Assembly (NCBI RefSeq): GCF_001194135.2
Contig: NC_068990.1
Coordinates: 58,444,207-58,486,399, forward strand
Length of the DNA: 42,193 nt
Source: Octopus bimaculoides
Lineage: Eukaryota
Direction of reading: 5' to 3'
Both the position numbers and the translations under genes were made by a program. The notes beneath the pieces are model-generated. The model saw only the letters and a program-made list of their open reading frames with translations, searched no databases and was not told the origin of the DNA. Shown piece after piece: positions 1-11,355 of this stretch. Positions within the stretch are counted from its first letter, which is position 1. Each line of letters begins with the position of its first letter.

Positions 1-372
1 GGGGGGGGGGGGTTCTGTACAAGAAGGGTTGCAGTGTTCCTAAATAGGCCAGTCCTGACACGTACACAGTATTTCAAAGAGGAAATGACCACCACGTTCA
101 TTTCATCAATGTATGTTCACGAGCTAGAAGCTTCCAAGTGTCCACGTATCTTATTTTGTTTTTCGGCATTGTGCTGGTGTCTATTTTTTGGGACCACCAC
201 TCACAGTCACAATTTTCTATATACCTATGTACCTTCCACAGGTTCTCCAGGTCCGTCAGCACACAATAGTCGTTCTCGGGCAAACCCCTTACACCTTCTA
301 TATCCGCCTTCACTATTCCGTCCCACGAATTTATTTCGGTATCTAGTTTCTCAGTCTGTCCATTGTACATTA
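1..372 (-). mobile_element. 3' coding fragment of ORF1-only Tx1-derived element (C-terminal domain + poly-C), runs off window edge
   Basis: ORF 98..418(-) 'EKLDTEINSWDGIVK...YCVLTDLENLW' aligns by eye with 37079..37354(+) 'EQMDRKIAKLKGIT...KCILIREENYW'. After a frameshift it ends '...VQNPPPP' in a C-run, like 'GDNPPPP' at 37320. Confidence 0.5.
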
Positions 373-399
373 ATACGAATGAGATATATATATAAAAGA

Positions 400-619
400 T
401 GAGATATATATGATACAAATAAGATATTTTTATGAACGCAGAGCTGCCGATAGAACAGTAGAAATATTGGGTAAATTACCCTTGCAGGCAGAAAAATTTG
501 CCAACACCAGCCATGGGACTCGAACCCATATCCTTCAAAGACTCCGGGTGAGTGCTTTACCGTTAAGCTAAGCTGCCCGTTGACAAATACATCCGCCGAA
601 TTAGACGCTGAATACTTTC

Positions 620-620
<1 letters not shown>
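400..620 (-). mobile_element. tRNA-derived SINE with well-preserved Pol III A/B boxes
   Basis: Minus strand: A box TAGCTTAACGG, D-arm GCTT/AAGC, B box in a perfect T-arm ATGGG-TTCGAGT-CCCAT. There is no regular anticodon arm. Abuts (AAT)n. Confidence 0.6.

Positions 621-681
<61 letters not shown>
620..681. repeat. (ATT)n microsatellite
   Basis: Pure trinucleotide run. Confidence 0.98.
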
Positions 682-699
682 TCATTTACGCACAACAGA

Positions 700-2040
700 T
701 TAGACTGTCGGAAAAGTTCCTAACATCAGGCTTTCAAGTAATCTTAGATCACCTAGGAAAAAATCAAACGTTTTCTCTCCTGAAACACCTTGAGCGTTAC
801 ATTATCGGTGCAATGTGGATAGTAAGCCATCAATACTGTTCTAATGATGCTGGTATCAAGTTCATAAGTCACACAAGGCTTGGTCCCTGGGTAATATGTC
901 CTATGAAAATCGAGTTTACATCTTTCAACGATAATGTTGCTCAAAGTTATTCCGAAAGAAGTCAAAGAAATAAAAGCCCCATAATATTTAAACATCACCA
1001 GAAAAGTTCCTCCAAAAAGCACCATCGATATCCTGATATACCTTCAGAAATAACAACTCCCTTACTCGATTGGGCTATGATGCCTTAATACATGACACAA
1101 AAGATTAGCTCAGATGGTGCTATTAATCAAACATCCCCAAGCCCTATTATAGCCAAAACCTAAATTATCTAAATTATTTCAGTCTTCTTTGATTCTTTTC
1201 TGTAAAAGGATTCAATTGAATAAATAGAACTTCTGAATTTTATTTTATTTTTAACATTAGATTGATCCAACAATTTCATTGACATTTTTATACTACAAAA
1301 CTCTGCATTCCATGAGAATCTAATACATTACGTACGTAGTGAAGGCGTGTGACCAAGTAGTTTCAGTATTCAGTTCACGATGTCTCCTTGACTAAGACAC
1401 TTTATTTCATGTTACTCCCGTCCACTCAACTGACAAAAATTAGTAGTACCTGTATTTCATAGAGCCAACCATGTCATCTGTGTGACATTACATCTTGCTG
1501 AGATCTATGTTAATGGTATGTGTGTTTGTGAAGTGCTCACTCACTTGCACGTTAATTTTACTAGTTGGCTGTTCTGATGATCGGATCAACTGGAGCATTC
1601 GTCGTCATAGCTGATAGAGTACCAGCTTTTTAAAATATATTACGTTGAATTATCTGAAGTTCAACTCTTTCAGTCTGACATTATGACCGTTTTTCATAAA
1701 GTTATGACTCAACAAGCTATGACGTAAACAATAAGGTATGTTACAATTGTTATTTCGTTTTCTTTAAAAATTTTCTTGCTATGCTATTTCCTTTAGAGTC
1801 GTTCTAATCAACATCACAACATACTGGAAGGAAAGAATGGTATTTCATTCATCGTTTCCTACCGGAGCACTTCAGGAATCTAAATTTGTTTGAGAAGAAG
1901 ATAAAGCAAAATTGATTATTATCTGAATTGTTTAGTCTTTGCTTGTGGTTAAACAAATATAGAACTGCGAAGAGGAACCGTCTGAAATTCCGACACTGAT
2001 AAGTGTAAGATAGAAACCAAAAAGTTAATGTTTTTCAAAC
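700..2040 (-). pseudogene. TLR-like pseudogene, N-terminal part (signal peptide, LRRNT, LRRs), copy 2
   Basis: Manual minus-strand translation with stops and frameshifts: 'KNINFLVSILHLSV' (signal-like, ~2030); 'FCFIFFSNKFRFLKCSGRK/NEIPFFPSS' (LRRNT-like, ~1911-1820); 'LERL/KGNSI', 'RLKELNFR', 'EVLFIQLNPF', 'LDNLGFGYN', 'YGAFISLTSF' (LRR-like). Split by SINE at 1338-1626. Confidence 0.45.
1338..1626 (+). mobile_element. tRNA-derived SINE family A (decayed)
   Basis: GAAGGCGTGTG head, 'CCTTGACTAAGACACTTTATTTCA...GTCCACTCAACTGACAAAAAT' core shared with 7199-7452. Confidence 0.75.
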
Positions 2041-2289
2041 TGTCTAACTGTTTATCAGTCTAATAATCTTGCTTTCAACAATCAATAAGTGTACGCAATA
2101 ATTAACATAAAATGCAAGCTTCGGTGCCAATCAACAAAGCGATAAAATTCTTTGATCTCAATGAAAGATTTCCCTTCCACTATAGATAATCAGTTTGATA
2201 ATTTCCAAACTGTGATTATCAAAGTCAAACGTAATTTGTTTTTTTTTTTTTGTTTTTTTTTTCCCTCAAACTAAATCGAATCTACATTT

Positions 2290-2349
<60 letters not shown>

Positions 2350-3176
2350 TAATTTTACTATCAAATATGCAGTACCATAAAACCATTTCGCATAATATAA
2401 GGAATGTTTCAGAAAATAAGTTAACATTTTACTTTCCCCTAACGAAATAATTATTGGTTGAATAGGCGTTGCTATCCACTAGAAACAGTTGCTAGCCATC
2501 ATTGAAATCTTGTAACATTATAAACACGAAAGTAGTGTCGTGCTGTAAAATATTTGAATCAATCTAAAACGAATTATATATCTCGTCTATAACATATCTG
2601 ATGGCATCATTTTATAATATAACAGAAACCAGCCAAAACTAACAACGATACCCTTTTAAAAGTGTCTAATTTCAGTACCTCAATATGTGTATACAGGAGA
2701 AAGCAATGTTTTGCTTTCAATCAGTTTGTCTGATATTTTCTTATCAAAAGTAAACATTACGAAAATATATAGCCTTTTGAATCTAGAACCCATTATTGTA
2801 TGTTATAGCTTTGTCTTCTAATATATTTGGCATTCAAATAAAATATCTATCCATCTATCTGTTTGTCAAAACAGTTCACTAAGCACTTACACTTGTTTTA
2901 ATACCCTATCCGGAAACGGATGAATGTCGAATTGAAACGATATAAATTTCAATCGTTAGATTTTAACTTACCGGTTAATTCGAACTGGTCAGTTGGTGGG
3001 ATTTAAATGCTGTATGCATACTGAAAAATCTTAGACTTTGATGGGTAGTTTTAATACAAAATATCCATATCTTGTTTAAGGCAATGTTTCCCAACATCTT
3101 TATTTTACTCCAAAAAAGATATTTGTTTTAGAACATCTGCTATGCCCTGAAAGCATTCTCTCTCTCTATCTCCCTC

Positions 3177-3227
<51 letters not shown>

Positions 3228-3664
3228 TCTTCAGTTTTTGAAACACGGACTTAAGATTTTCTTGTCAATAGTTTTATTTATATTGAAAACCTCCCGAGAC
3301 TACTAACTACTACCTACAACATTCTCGAATTTCATAACAACCTAGACTGTTACGACATTCAAGCTGGAAGTCAAGGCTTTATAGATTACAAATATATTTT
3401 GAGATATCTGTTCCTTAACAGATATTCAAATTGAACATCATGCGTATCGATCTCATCTGTCTGGGAAGACCTGAAAACGTTGTTGACGCTTTTCCTACCA
3501 ATGACTAATTATTAAATAATTTTTGGACAAATGATTTTCAAACCCTGAAGTTCTGAAAGTCATGAAAAAGATGTTAACGTCAAGCACACCTAAACACATT
3601 AAGTTATCTTTGATGAATACTATTAAGTGAGCTTGGAATAAGGCAAACATTGACCAGGGAAATT

Positions 3665-3838
3665 CTTTTATTCTTTTACTTTTTCAATCATTAAACTGCG
3701 GCCATGCTGGGGCACCGCCTTGAATTTTAGGTCGAATAAATTGACCCCAGTACTTAGCTTTTAAACCAGGTATGAATTCTATCGGTCTCTTTGCCGAACC
3801 GCTAATTATGGAGATGTGACAAACCAACACCAGTTGTC
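3665..3838 (-). mobile_element. SINE family C, 3' half
   Basis: Reverse complement of the 20000-20190 tail (GCACCGCC, CCATGCTGG, GGTCTCTTTGCCGAAC). Confidence 0.8.
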
Positions 3839-4214
3839 TCTAAATATATTTAAAATGTGTAAAGAATTCAGCATTCTCTTCAAATATAATCGTTGTAATA
3901 TTTATTTTTTCTCCTACAATGATAGTTGACTCTATTTCGCATCAGCTATTTTTTTTTATTTCTGACACAGAAACTTAAGAATCAGTGACCGAGTCTAAGT
4001 AGCGGGAAGTAGATTTACGGTTCCTGTGTGTTCGCGTTGCACCGAAGAAAACTTAACTTTTCGCCTTTTCTCTTCTCTCAATGTTTTTCTCTGGAAGAAA
4101 ACGTAAGAGTTCAAAACTAGTATGGGTTAGTCTACTTAGAAAGACCAAATTAGCTAGTATGTCGAACCAGAGCCCCTACGATTCTGTCAAGTGTTAAAAG
4201 TCTCCCAATAACGG

Positions 4215-4331
4215 TTTTTCTTTATTACCTTATAAAGGGATACATAGAGGGGACAAACAGGGACAAACAAAGAACATATAAGGTCAGACGTACTCGTTAC
4301 ATAAATAAAAACCGAATGAATTTACATAATT
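4215..4331 (-). mobile_element. 117-bp 5'-truncated retroposon tail with exact 17-bp TSD
   Basis: AAGTCTCCCAATAACGG at 4198-4214 and 4332-4348. The minus strand ends TTGTTTGTCCCCTCTATGTATCCC...GGTAATAAAGAAAAA. Confidence 0.85.
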
Positions 4332-5174
4332 AAGTCTCCCAATAACGGAGATAAGCATAAGCCTTATGATTTCGTGTGATTTGTAAAAAATTAACTTATA
4401 GAGAACCAAATTAGTAGTAGTAGCGGAAAGTAGAAATGAAGTGGCAAAACCGGCAAAGTACAGTGGTATTTTAGCGGTTCTGCCAGTAGAAAACCGCACA
4501 CCTCCACTTTGACTTTCATAATGGGAACATAGAGAAAGAAACATTTACATTAGTCTACTATTTTTTTTTTCATTGAAAATTACTTTCAATTAGCCCCACC
4601 CCACAAAACGTTATTAACTAATATGAGGTAGATTTGATTCAAATAACTTATTAATTGTATTGACCACACAAAGAAGAAAATTAACTTCGATTATAAGAGA
4701 ATTTGTCTTCCGAAACTTGTTAGATGAAGGTAATTACTGCAAATTATTTAATACTCTATATTTTTCTAATACTAAGTTTTCTTCCATGTTATATCATTTT
4801 CTCTCAATGTAGTTTCATATAAATAAAGATATATCTTCATCGCAGGAAGTGATTCTGAAATTCGTCGTTTAGTGTAACGAGAGTGAGTGATATGCTCCGC
4901 TAAACAATTTTTTCGACTATAAGCAACAATACCTGAAATTTGATGGGAGAGTGCATGTAGATAAAACTAAAAATACACCTGATACGCACCATAGTAATAA
5001 TATTCTTTTATTCCATTAGTCACTGGACTGACTAGCCACACTGGAGCAATGCGTTATATATAACAATAATAATAATGCGTTATATGTAACAATAATAATA
5101 ATAATCCTCTCTACTAAATGCTTTATATATAATAATAGTAACAATGCGTTATATGTAACAATAATAATAATCCT

Positions 5175-5316
5175 CTCTACTAAAGGAACAAGGCCTGAAA
5201 TTTGGGGGGAGGTGACTAGTCGATTACATCAATCCCATTGTTTCACTGGTATTTAATTTATTGACCTGGAAAGGATAAAAGCTAAAGTCGACGTTCGTGG
5301 AATTTGAACTCTGAAG
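5175..5316 (-). mobile_element. SINE family B fragment
   Basis: Reverse complement of GAGTTCAAATTCC...GTCGAC...AAATTTCAGGCCTTGT as in 7532-7733. Confidence 0.75.
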
Positions 5317-6723
5317 GTTTCCCCTAAATTACACTTAAATTTATTGCATGTAAAATTTCCAGACCATTCGGTACTTGAGCTACATAACATGTAATCTGAG
5401 ACAAAGTAAAATTGATGTTTTCTACACAGAAACATAACGGTAGGAATACAACGAATTTGAACTCACAGGTTAGCAGTCCGGTATTTTTATTTAGTCAGCC
5501 ATTTCGCCTCAGCATATGTATTGTCGTTGACACCAGAGGTCAATTAATCTAAAAGCTTAGAGAAGTTTTTAAAAATCTGATTCAGCAGTTAAATACGAAA
5601 ACTGGAAAATGTTCCACAAATATGTCATTTTTCTATTTTTAATTATTCGATATTCTCTGAGATCTTTGCCAACAAAGCAAATTTGTCTATCGGAGCATTT
5701 CGGTTCTTTATCACAGTCATATATGCCACGAAAGAATTCGCCTATTTGAATTAGGATTAATATAGTGTCGTTATGAAATAGTTTAAAGCTATGAGATTAT
5801 TGTCTCTCATGGTTACTTAAGGAATTCCTTTTGCATGAACATTTTATGTGATACTTCGAATGACGTATTGCCCAAGGTGACGATAGATAACTGTTTGTAA
5901 CTAGAAGAAAATGATAAGAGAATATCTAAAGCTAGTGTCACTGTCATCCGAATTAATTCTTTCGTTTCTGGTTGAAGAGAAGAAAAGTTGAAATATTCTA
6001 ATCTTAATTTCTGCAATTCAGAAAGAATGCGTAAGTTAAACAGAAATATTTTATTTATTTCTTGGATTTTTCGAATAACGATCCATTATAAACATCTTGT
6101 TCTTCTTTCATGATGTTCTAATTTGTGTTTGTATTATTAGGGTGAGAACAAAGACAGTTATATCTCTCTTATTTCTACGCTCTCTGAAATGAGGATCTAC
6201 TAATCTACTGTTTGATTCCATTACTTCTCTGCTTCTCTGACTACATACTTTGCCATTTTGAAGATACAAATCTTGGCCAACGTTAATTTGAGACTGGATT
6301 ATCTAAGGAGAATTTGTATAACCTCTCTTTATTCATATTTAGTTGATAAAGCACCTGAGAGAATGGAGTTATAGTGGATTTTGTAATGAGAAGGCTATCT
6401 GTTAGAAGGATTAAACATATGAAGCGTCTTAGTGAAGAAGGGAAAATTAGCGTACATGGACATTTCTAGGTTTGGAGTCAGGAGTGGTTAATAATGACTT
6501 CATCAAATATTTGAAAATAAGATCTAAGATACTAGACGGAGAGCTGCTACTAGATGGAAACATCATAAACATGAGAGAAGCGACTTAAATCAAGATTCCT
6601 GTCGAGACAACGTCTCAGTATTTTGATTCATAAGTCTCCGTAATAATTATGGATTACCGAAATGCTATTGTTAGTGAATTAATTTTTACTCGTTTTGTTT
6701 CTCCTGATAAACGTATGGTATAA

Positions 6724-6950
6724 TTCTTTTTATCTTTTACCGCTTTCAGTCATTGGACTGCGACCATGCTGGAGCACCCTTTTAGAATTTTAGCCGAATG
6801 AATCGACCCTAGTACATCTTTCAAGCTTGGTAGTTATTCTGTCGGGCTCTTTTGCTGAAGTGCTATTTTACGGGGACGTAAACCTACCCACACCGATTGT
6901 CAAGCAGTAGTAAGGAACAAACAAAGACGTAAATGTACACACACACACAC
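6724..6950 (-). mobile_element. SINE family C, 3' half
   Basis: Matches the reverse complement of 19990-20190. Confidence 0.8.
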
Positions 6951-7125
6951 ACCGAAACGCCGGTGTTAAAACGTGGGTAGCTGATGAAGTAGAATGTTCT
7001 CTATGTGGCTCGTGTGTTTTCTCGTTTACGTTTGTTTGCAATGTCCTGTACCCAGATATGCACCTATACATACAGGTGGATGTCGGTATGCACATACCTG
7101 TACGTATATATGCATATACTCATTT
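6951..7125 (+). mobile_element. Penelope-like terminal repeat fragment
   Basis: CCGAAACGCCGG...CTGATGAAG motifs typical of PLE termini; similar CCGAAACG at 42112. Confidence 0.35.
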
Positions 7126-7198
7126 GTTTATATATATATATATATATATATAATCTTAAATGGTATTTTGTATTTGTAAGATCAGTACTTTAAAGTTT

Positions 7199-7452
7199 GT
7201 GGAGACGCGTGGCTTAGTGGTTAAGGTGTTGGATTCATGATCATAAGACTGTGGTTTTATTCCTGGACCAGGCGACGCGTTGTGTTTTTGAGCAAAACAC
7301 TCTCATTTCACATTGCTCCAGTCCACTCAGCTGACAAAAATGAGTAATCCTGCGATAGACCAGCTTCCCATCCAGGTGGGGAATATATACGCTTTGAAAC
7401 CAGGAAACTAGCCCTTATACGTCGGCATGATACGAGAAGGTAACTTTACCTT
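7199..7452 (+). mobile_element. tRNA-derived SINE family A variant with 13-bp TSD
   Basis: Head GGAGACGCGTGGCTTAGTGGTTAAG, (TTACCT)-like tail. TACTTTAAAGTTT at 7186-7198 and 7453-7465. Confidence 0.85.
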
Positions 7453-7531
7453 TACTTTAAAGTTTTTGTATCTATCAAGTTGCGTCGCCGAACTACACCA
7501 CCATCGCTTTGGTATTATAAAAATCGCTCCC

Positions 7532-7733
7532 CTGGCAGAATCGTTAGCACGCCGGGCGAAATGCTTAGCGGTATTTCGTTCATCTCCATGTTCTGAGTTC
7601 AAATTCCCCCGAGGTCGACTTTTCCTTTCATCCTTTCGGGGTCGATAAAATAAGTACCTGTTCAGTAATGGAGTCGATGTAATCGACTAGCACCCTCTCC
7701 AAAATTTCAGGCCTTGTGCCTATAGTAGAAAGG
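7532..7733 (+). mobile_element. tRNA-derived SINE family B with ~18-bp TSD
   Basis: CTGGCAGAATCGTTAGCAC...GAGTTCAAATTCC (A/B boxes). TSD ATTATAAAAATCGCTCCC (7514-7531) vs ATTATAAATATTGCTCCC (7734-7751), 16/18. Confidence 0.85.
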
Positions 7734-7782
7734 ATTATAAATATTGCTCCCGCGACATGAGCCAATGAAGGAGCCTCTATAC

Positions 7783-8042
7783 ATGTGGTGTCCAATGGTT
7801 TTCGCTTATGAACCCCCTTCACTCTTATTTTACTCGGCTGAACCCCCATAGCCATTCTATGTTTAAAAAATCCTAATATATTTTTATAATGAAATATTAT
7901 TAGGAATTGTATTTTAAAATTGTTAAAATATTTTCGGTATTACAATGAGAATATAATCAATTTATTGCATATAAATTGTAGCAACAAAATCTTATGTGCC
8001 ACCCGCCCCAAGGGTCATATGGACCCCTGCTGAGAACCGCTG
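7783..8042. mobile_element. hAT (Charlie/Buster-like) MITE
   Basis: Right end reads CAGCGGTTCTCAGCAGGGGTCC on the minus strand; left end is decayed. 8-bp TSD CTCTATAC (7775-7782) / CTCTATAT (8043-8050) with central TA. Confidence 0.6.
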
Positions 8043-9410
8043 CTCTATATAGTCACCAAAGCTGTTAGAAATAGCAGCCAAATCGTCATCAAATGTCAAG
8101 TTTATTAGATATTTGGTTTGACATATCTTTCTCAAAGCTATGAACGCCACCGAGTTCTATTCTACAATCTCATATCATATAAATTGCTATTACAATTGCG
8201 CAAACCGGTTTTGAATATATATTTTCGCTTATTCGAGCTATCATTGATGACCATTCTGTATAACACCAGCTTTATGGATGTAGGTCTCAGCTAACTTTGG
8301 CGGATCTAGAACCCGTACAACTCGGTGCAGGAAATCAGTGAAGAACAAAAACAAAACTGACATACGAAACAGCTAACATTAATTAACCTGACTTTGCTCT
8401 GAGACGCAAAATATCAGTGAATAGATAGCAACAGAATACACTTCAGTTGGTACTCCGATGTTCTGTTCACCATGTTTTATATTTACATCTATTCACATTA
8501 TACATATTCACTTTTCCAATAACGTTTACTCGTACAACGAGCTAAAATATATNNNNNNNNNNNNNNNNNNNNNNNNNNNNNNNNNNNNNNNNNNNNNNNN
8601 NNNNNNNNNNNNNNNNNNNNNNNNNNNNNNNNNNNNNNNNNNNTATATATATATATATATATATATATATTTACAGCGATAAGTCTACTAACCGACGGAC
8701 ACATAAGCGTTAATTCAGCTAATCACACGTCGACAGCAGCTCATTGCATTACCCTCGCATAACCACATAACATGGACATAGAATGATGGCGAAACACCTG
8801 CAGAGAAGCAATGATGGGCGAATTACGACGTGATTCTAAATTGAAGTGTGAGTCTGGAGCCTGTTTGACACAAGACTAGGTTGGTAATGATCTAGTAAAT
8901 GGTAGATTAGTATTCACTAAAGTATGTGCAGCATAGTGTGAGAAAGAAAAAAAAAAGGTGTTTTTATACAAACGCTAAAACTCCAGAACAATAAGTAGAA
9001 CGGAACAACACAAAGCTAGAAGATTTTTCAAATTCCTCTGTTTGTCCAATATGTCAGCACCATCTGCTTCAGCCAAAGGCCCAATTGCCTTGTTTTATGG
9101 CTCTTCTAACTATTAACTATATAACACTTAGATTGTTTTCACAATGGATAATTCTCAATCTTTTTGTGCACGTAACTACATATACACACACGCAGACATT
9201 CAAATTAATAGCAATGCTATTGGCTACACAGCAGATACATAGAACAAAAACAAATATATATATATTAATAAACACTGATCATGATGATGGTTTCAAATTG
9301 TGGCACAAGGCCAGAACATTTCTTCTTCTTCTTCTGCTGCTGCTACTGCTGCTGCTACTACTACAAATAATAATAATAATAATTATTATTATTATTATTA
9401 TTATTTCTTA

Positions 9411-9570
9411 AGCTCGTCGCTACGTTCTGAGTTCAAATTCCGACGTGCTCGACTTTGCCATTCATCTTTTCAGGGTCGATAAATTAAGTACCAATTGAAT
9501 ACTGGAGTCGATGCAATCGACTCATCCCCACCTCCCCCAAATTGAACATGTGGCAAAAATTTGAACTAAT
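9411..9570 (+). mobile_element. SINE family B, 5'-truncated, after (AAT)/(ATT) repeats
   Basis: TACGTTCTGAGTTCAAATTCC...GGTCGATAAATTAAGTACC...CTCCCCCAAATT. Confidence 0.8.
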
Positions 9571-9894
9571 AATGATAATTATTATTATTTAAAAAACAAC
9601 AGCAACAACAACAACGGACTAGATAGTGGATTACGTGATGATGACTGTGATGATTATGATGATGATGATGATGATGATGATAAATTCATATGCTACTTGC
9701 ATTCAAACAACTTTTATCCACATACAGACGCATATAGATAGTAGGAAATAAGGCATTTTTGTAGACACATATAATATATACCACTGAATACGAGTATGAG
9801 AAGGAGAGAGACAGACAGACACACAGACACACTCACACAGGTAGACACAGAGACTGACAGACAGATAGGCAGATACAGAGAACGTGTGAGAGAC

Positions 9895-9934
<40 letters not shown>

Positions 9935-10207
9935 CGAAATGTGCGATGTATGCGTGAATTTGATTTTAGAGAAGGAAAAGAGAAATAAATGAGAGATATT
10001 GAAACAGAAGGAGACGGTGTAAAGAAAGGTCATTAAACAGTTACGATGTAAGTGTAAGAGTCTGCTGTGATGCGAGTGGAGGGAAAAGTTGAAGAGAGAA
10101 AAGATATAAAGAGAGGAGAATGGAATGAAACAAAGAGGGTTTAAAAGACTAAGGAATACGTCGAGGAAGGAGAGTGGTGGTGTGAGTAATGAGAGAGGTT
10201 TGTTAGC

Positions 10208-10740
10208 ATCTTTTATCGCTTACGTGTTTTCTGTCATTGGACTGTGGCTATGTTGAAGTAGCTTCAAGGGGTTTAATGGTAAGCAGTTTGCTTTCAAAAT
10301 ACACGGTTCCGGGTTCAGTCCCACTGCGTAGCACCATGGACAAGTATCTTCTACTATACACTCGGGCCTACCTAATCTTTGTATGTAGATTTGATAAACG
10401 GTAACTGAAAGAAGTCCGCCATACACACACATACACACGCTTATCTTTTATCTTTTACTTGATTCTGTCATTGGACTGCGACTATGCTGAGTTTGATTTC
10501 AAACTACATGATTCCGGGTTCAGTCTCATTGCGTGACACCTTGGGCAAATGACTCCTACTATACCCTCGGACTCACTAAGTCTTTGGAAGTGGAATTGCT
10601 TGACAGAAACTGAAAGCTCGTCGTACACACACGCACGTGCACGCGCGCGCGCAAATATATGTCTTTCTCCTTTTTTGGTTTTAGTCATTAGACTACGGCC
10701 ATGCTGGGACACCGCCTTGAAAGATTTTAGTCGACATGTT
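10208..10740. repeat. Tandem array of chimeric SINE-C units (inverted tail + forward head)
   Basis: Two ~235-bp units, each a reverse-complement 3' tail followed by a forward head and (CA)n, then a third reverse tail. Confidence 0.7.
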
Positions 10741-11004
10741 TTCTCGTCTATTATCTAGGTGTTGTTTTCTCGATTATGAATTCTGACGCAACCCTTCTGC
10801 CAAATGACAGTAAAACTGTTCAACTATTATAGTATGATGTGATGGATACCACTCATAAGATTTATCCAAATTATTGTTTTAAAGAAAATAACTGCAGTAT
10901 GCTCACGTTGTAATTCAATTTATGTTAACACATGCACTCACACACCCATACTATGTACACATATTCACGCACACGCACGCACGAACGTACACATATCCTT
11001 GGTG

Positions 11005-11355
11005 TACGAGGGGCGTTCAAAAAGTATGTGACATTATTTTTCTAACCAAAATTAATATCGTGCGGGCGATATCCTTTCGAAGGGAGGTGACTGTACCCTT
11101 CCTGCTCATGCATGAAAATAGGATGCTTCAATTTCTGGTTGTTACGCCTCAAGTACTGACGTGTAATGCGTGCTCGTCAGATTTTCGTTCTCAAGCAAGA
11201 TAGCAGGACGCATCGAGCAGAGACCATAAACCAATTTCTCATCACCAGTGGTGATGGTCTTCATGAAAACTGGGTCGTGGTTTGCACAATCAACCGTATT
11301 CTGAGCGATTTCCACGCGGAGTTGCTACTGCTACTCTTCTGGCAACTTGGGGACG

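Larger units (their letters stand above)
3440..8380 (-). pseudogene. TLR-like pseudogene, near full architecture (LRRs-LRRCT-TM-TIR), copy 1
   Basis: Manual translation: LRR remnants 'AFIALRKI..YLINL' (~8150), 'NFKVLILQ..N' (~7190), 'NLDLS' (~6590), 'LRILSELQKLRLEYFNF' (~6030), 'VTMRDNNL' (~5805), 'VLNNLQ*LPSSNK' (~4745). LRRCT-like 'AEPLKYHCT' (4483-4457, cf. GNPxxCxC). Hydrophobic 'LMLISVIGRLLTLDRIVGALV' once the 4215-4331 insert is removed. TIR-like '*CEIESTIIVGEKINITTIIFEE' (3945-3870) and 'PWSMFALFQAHLIVFIKDNLMCLGVLD...NYLIISHW' (3659-3500). Limits are approximate. Confidence 0.6.

Noticed and set aside
501-580. Functional tRNA gene
   Set aside because: Anticodon arm and acceptor stem are non-canonical, and it is embedded in a repeat-like body.
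753-1025. ORF as a GPCR fragment ('SNIIVERC' like TM3 ERY) or as a TIR ('YGAFIS')
   Set aside because: No flanking GPCR helices. The upstream context is LRR-like, and 'GAFxSLTS' fits an LRR better. The call remains uncertain.
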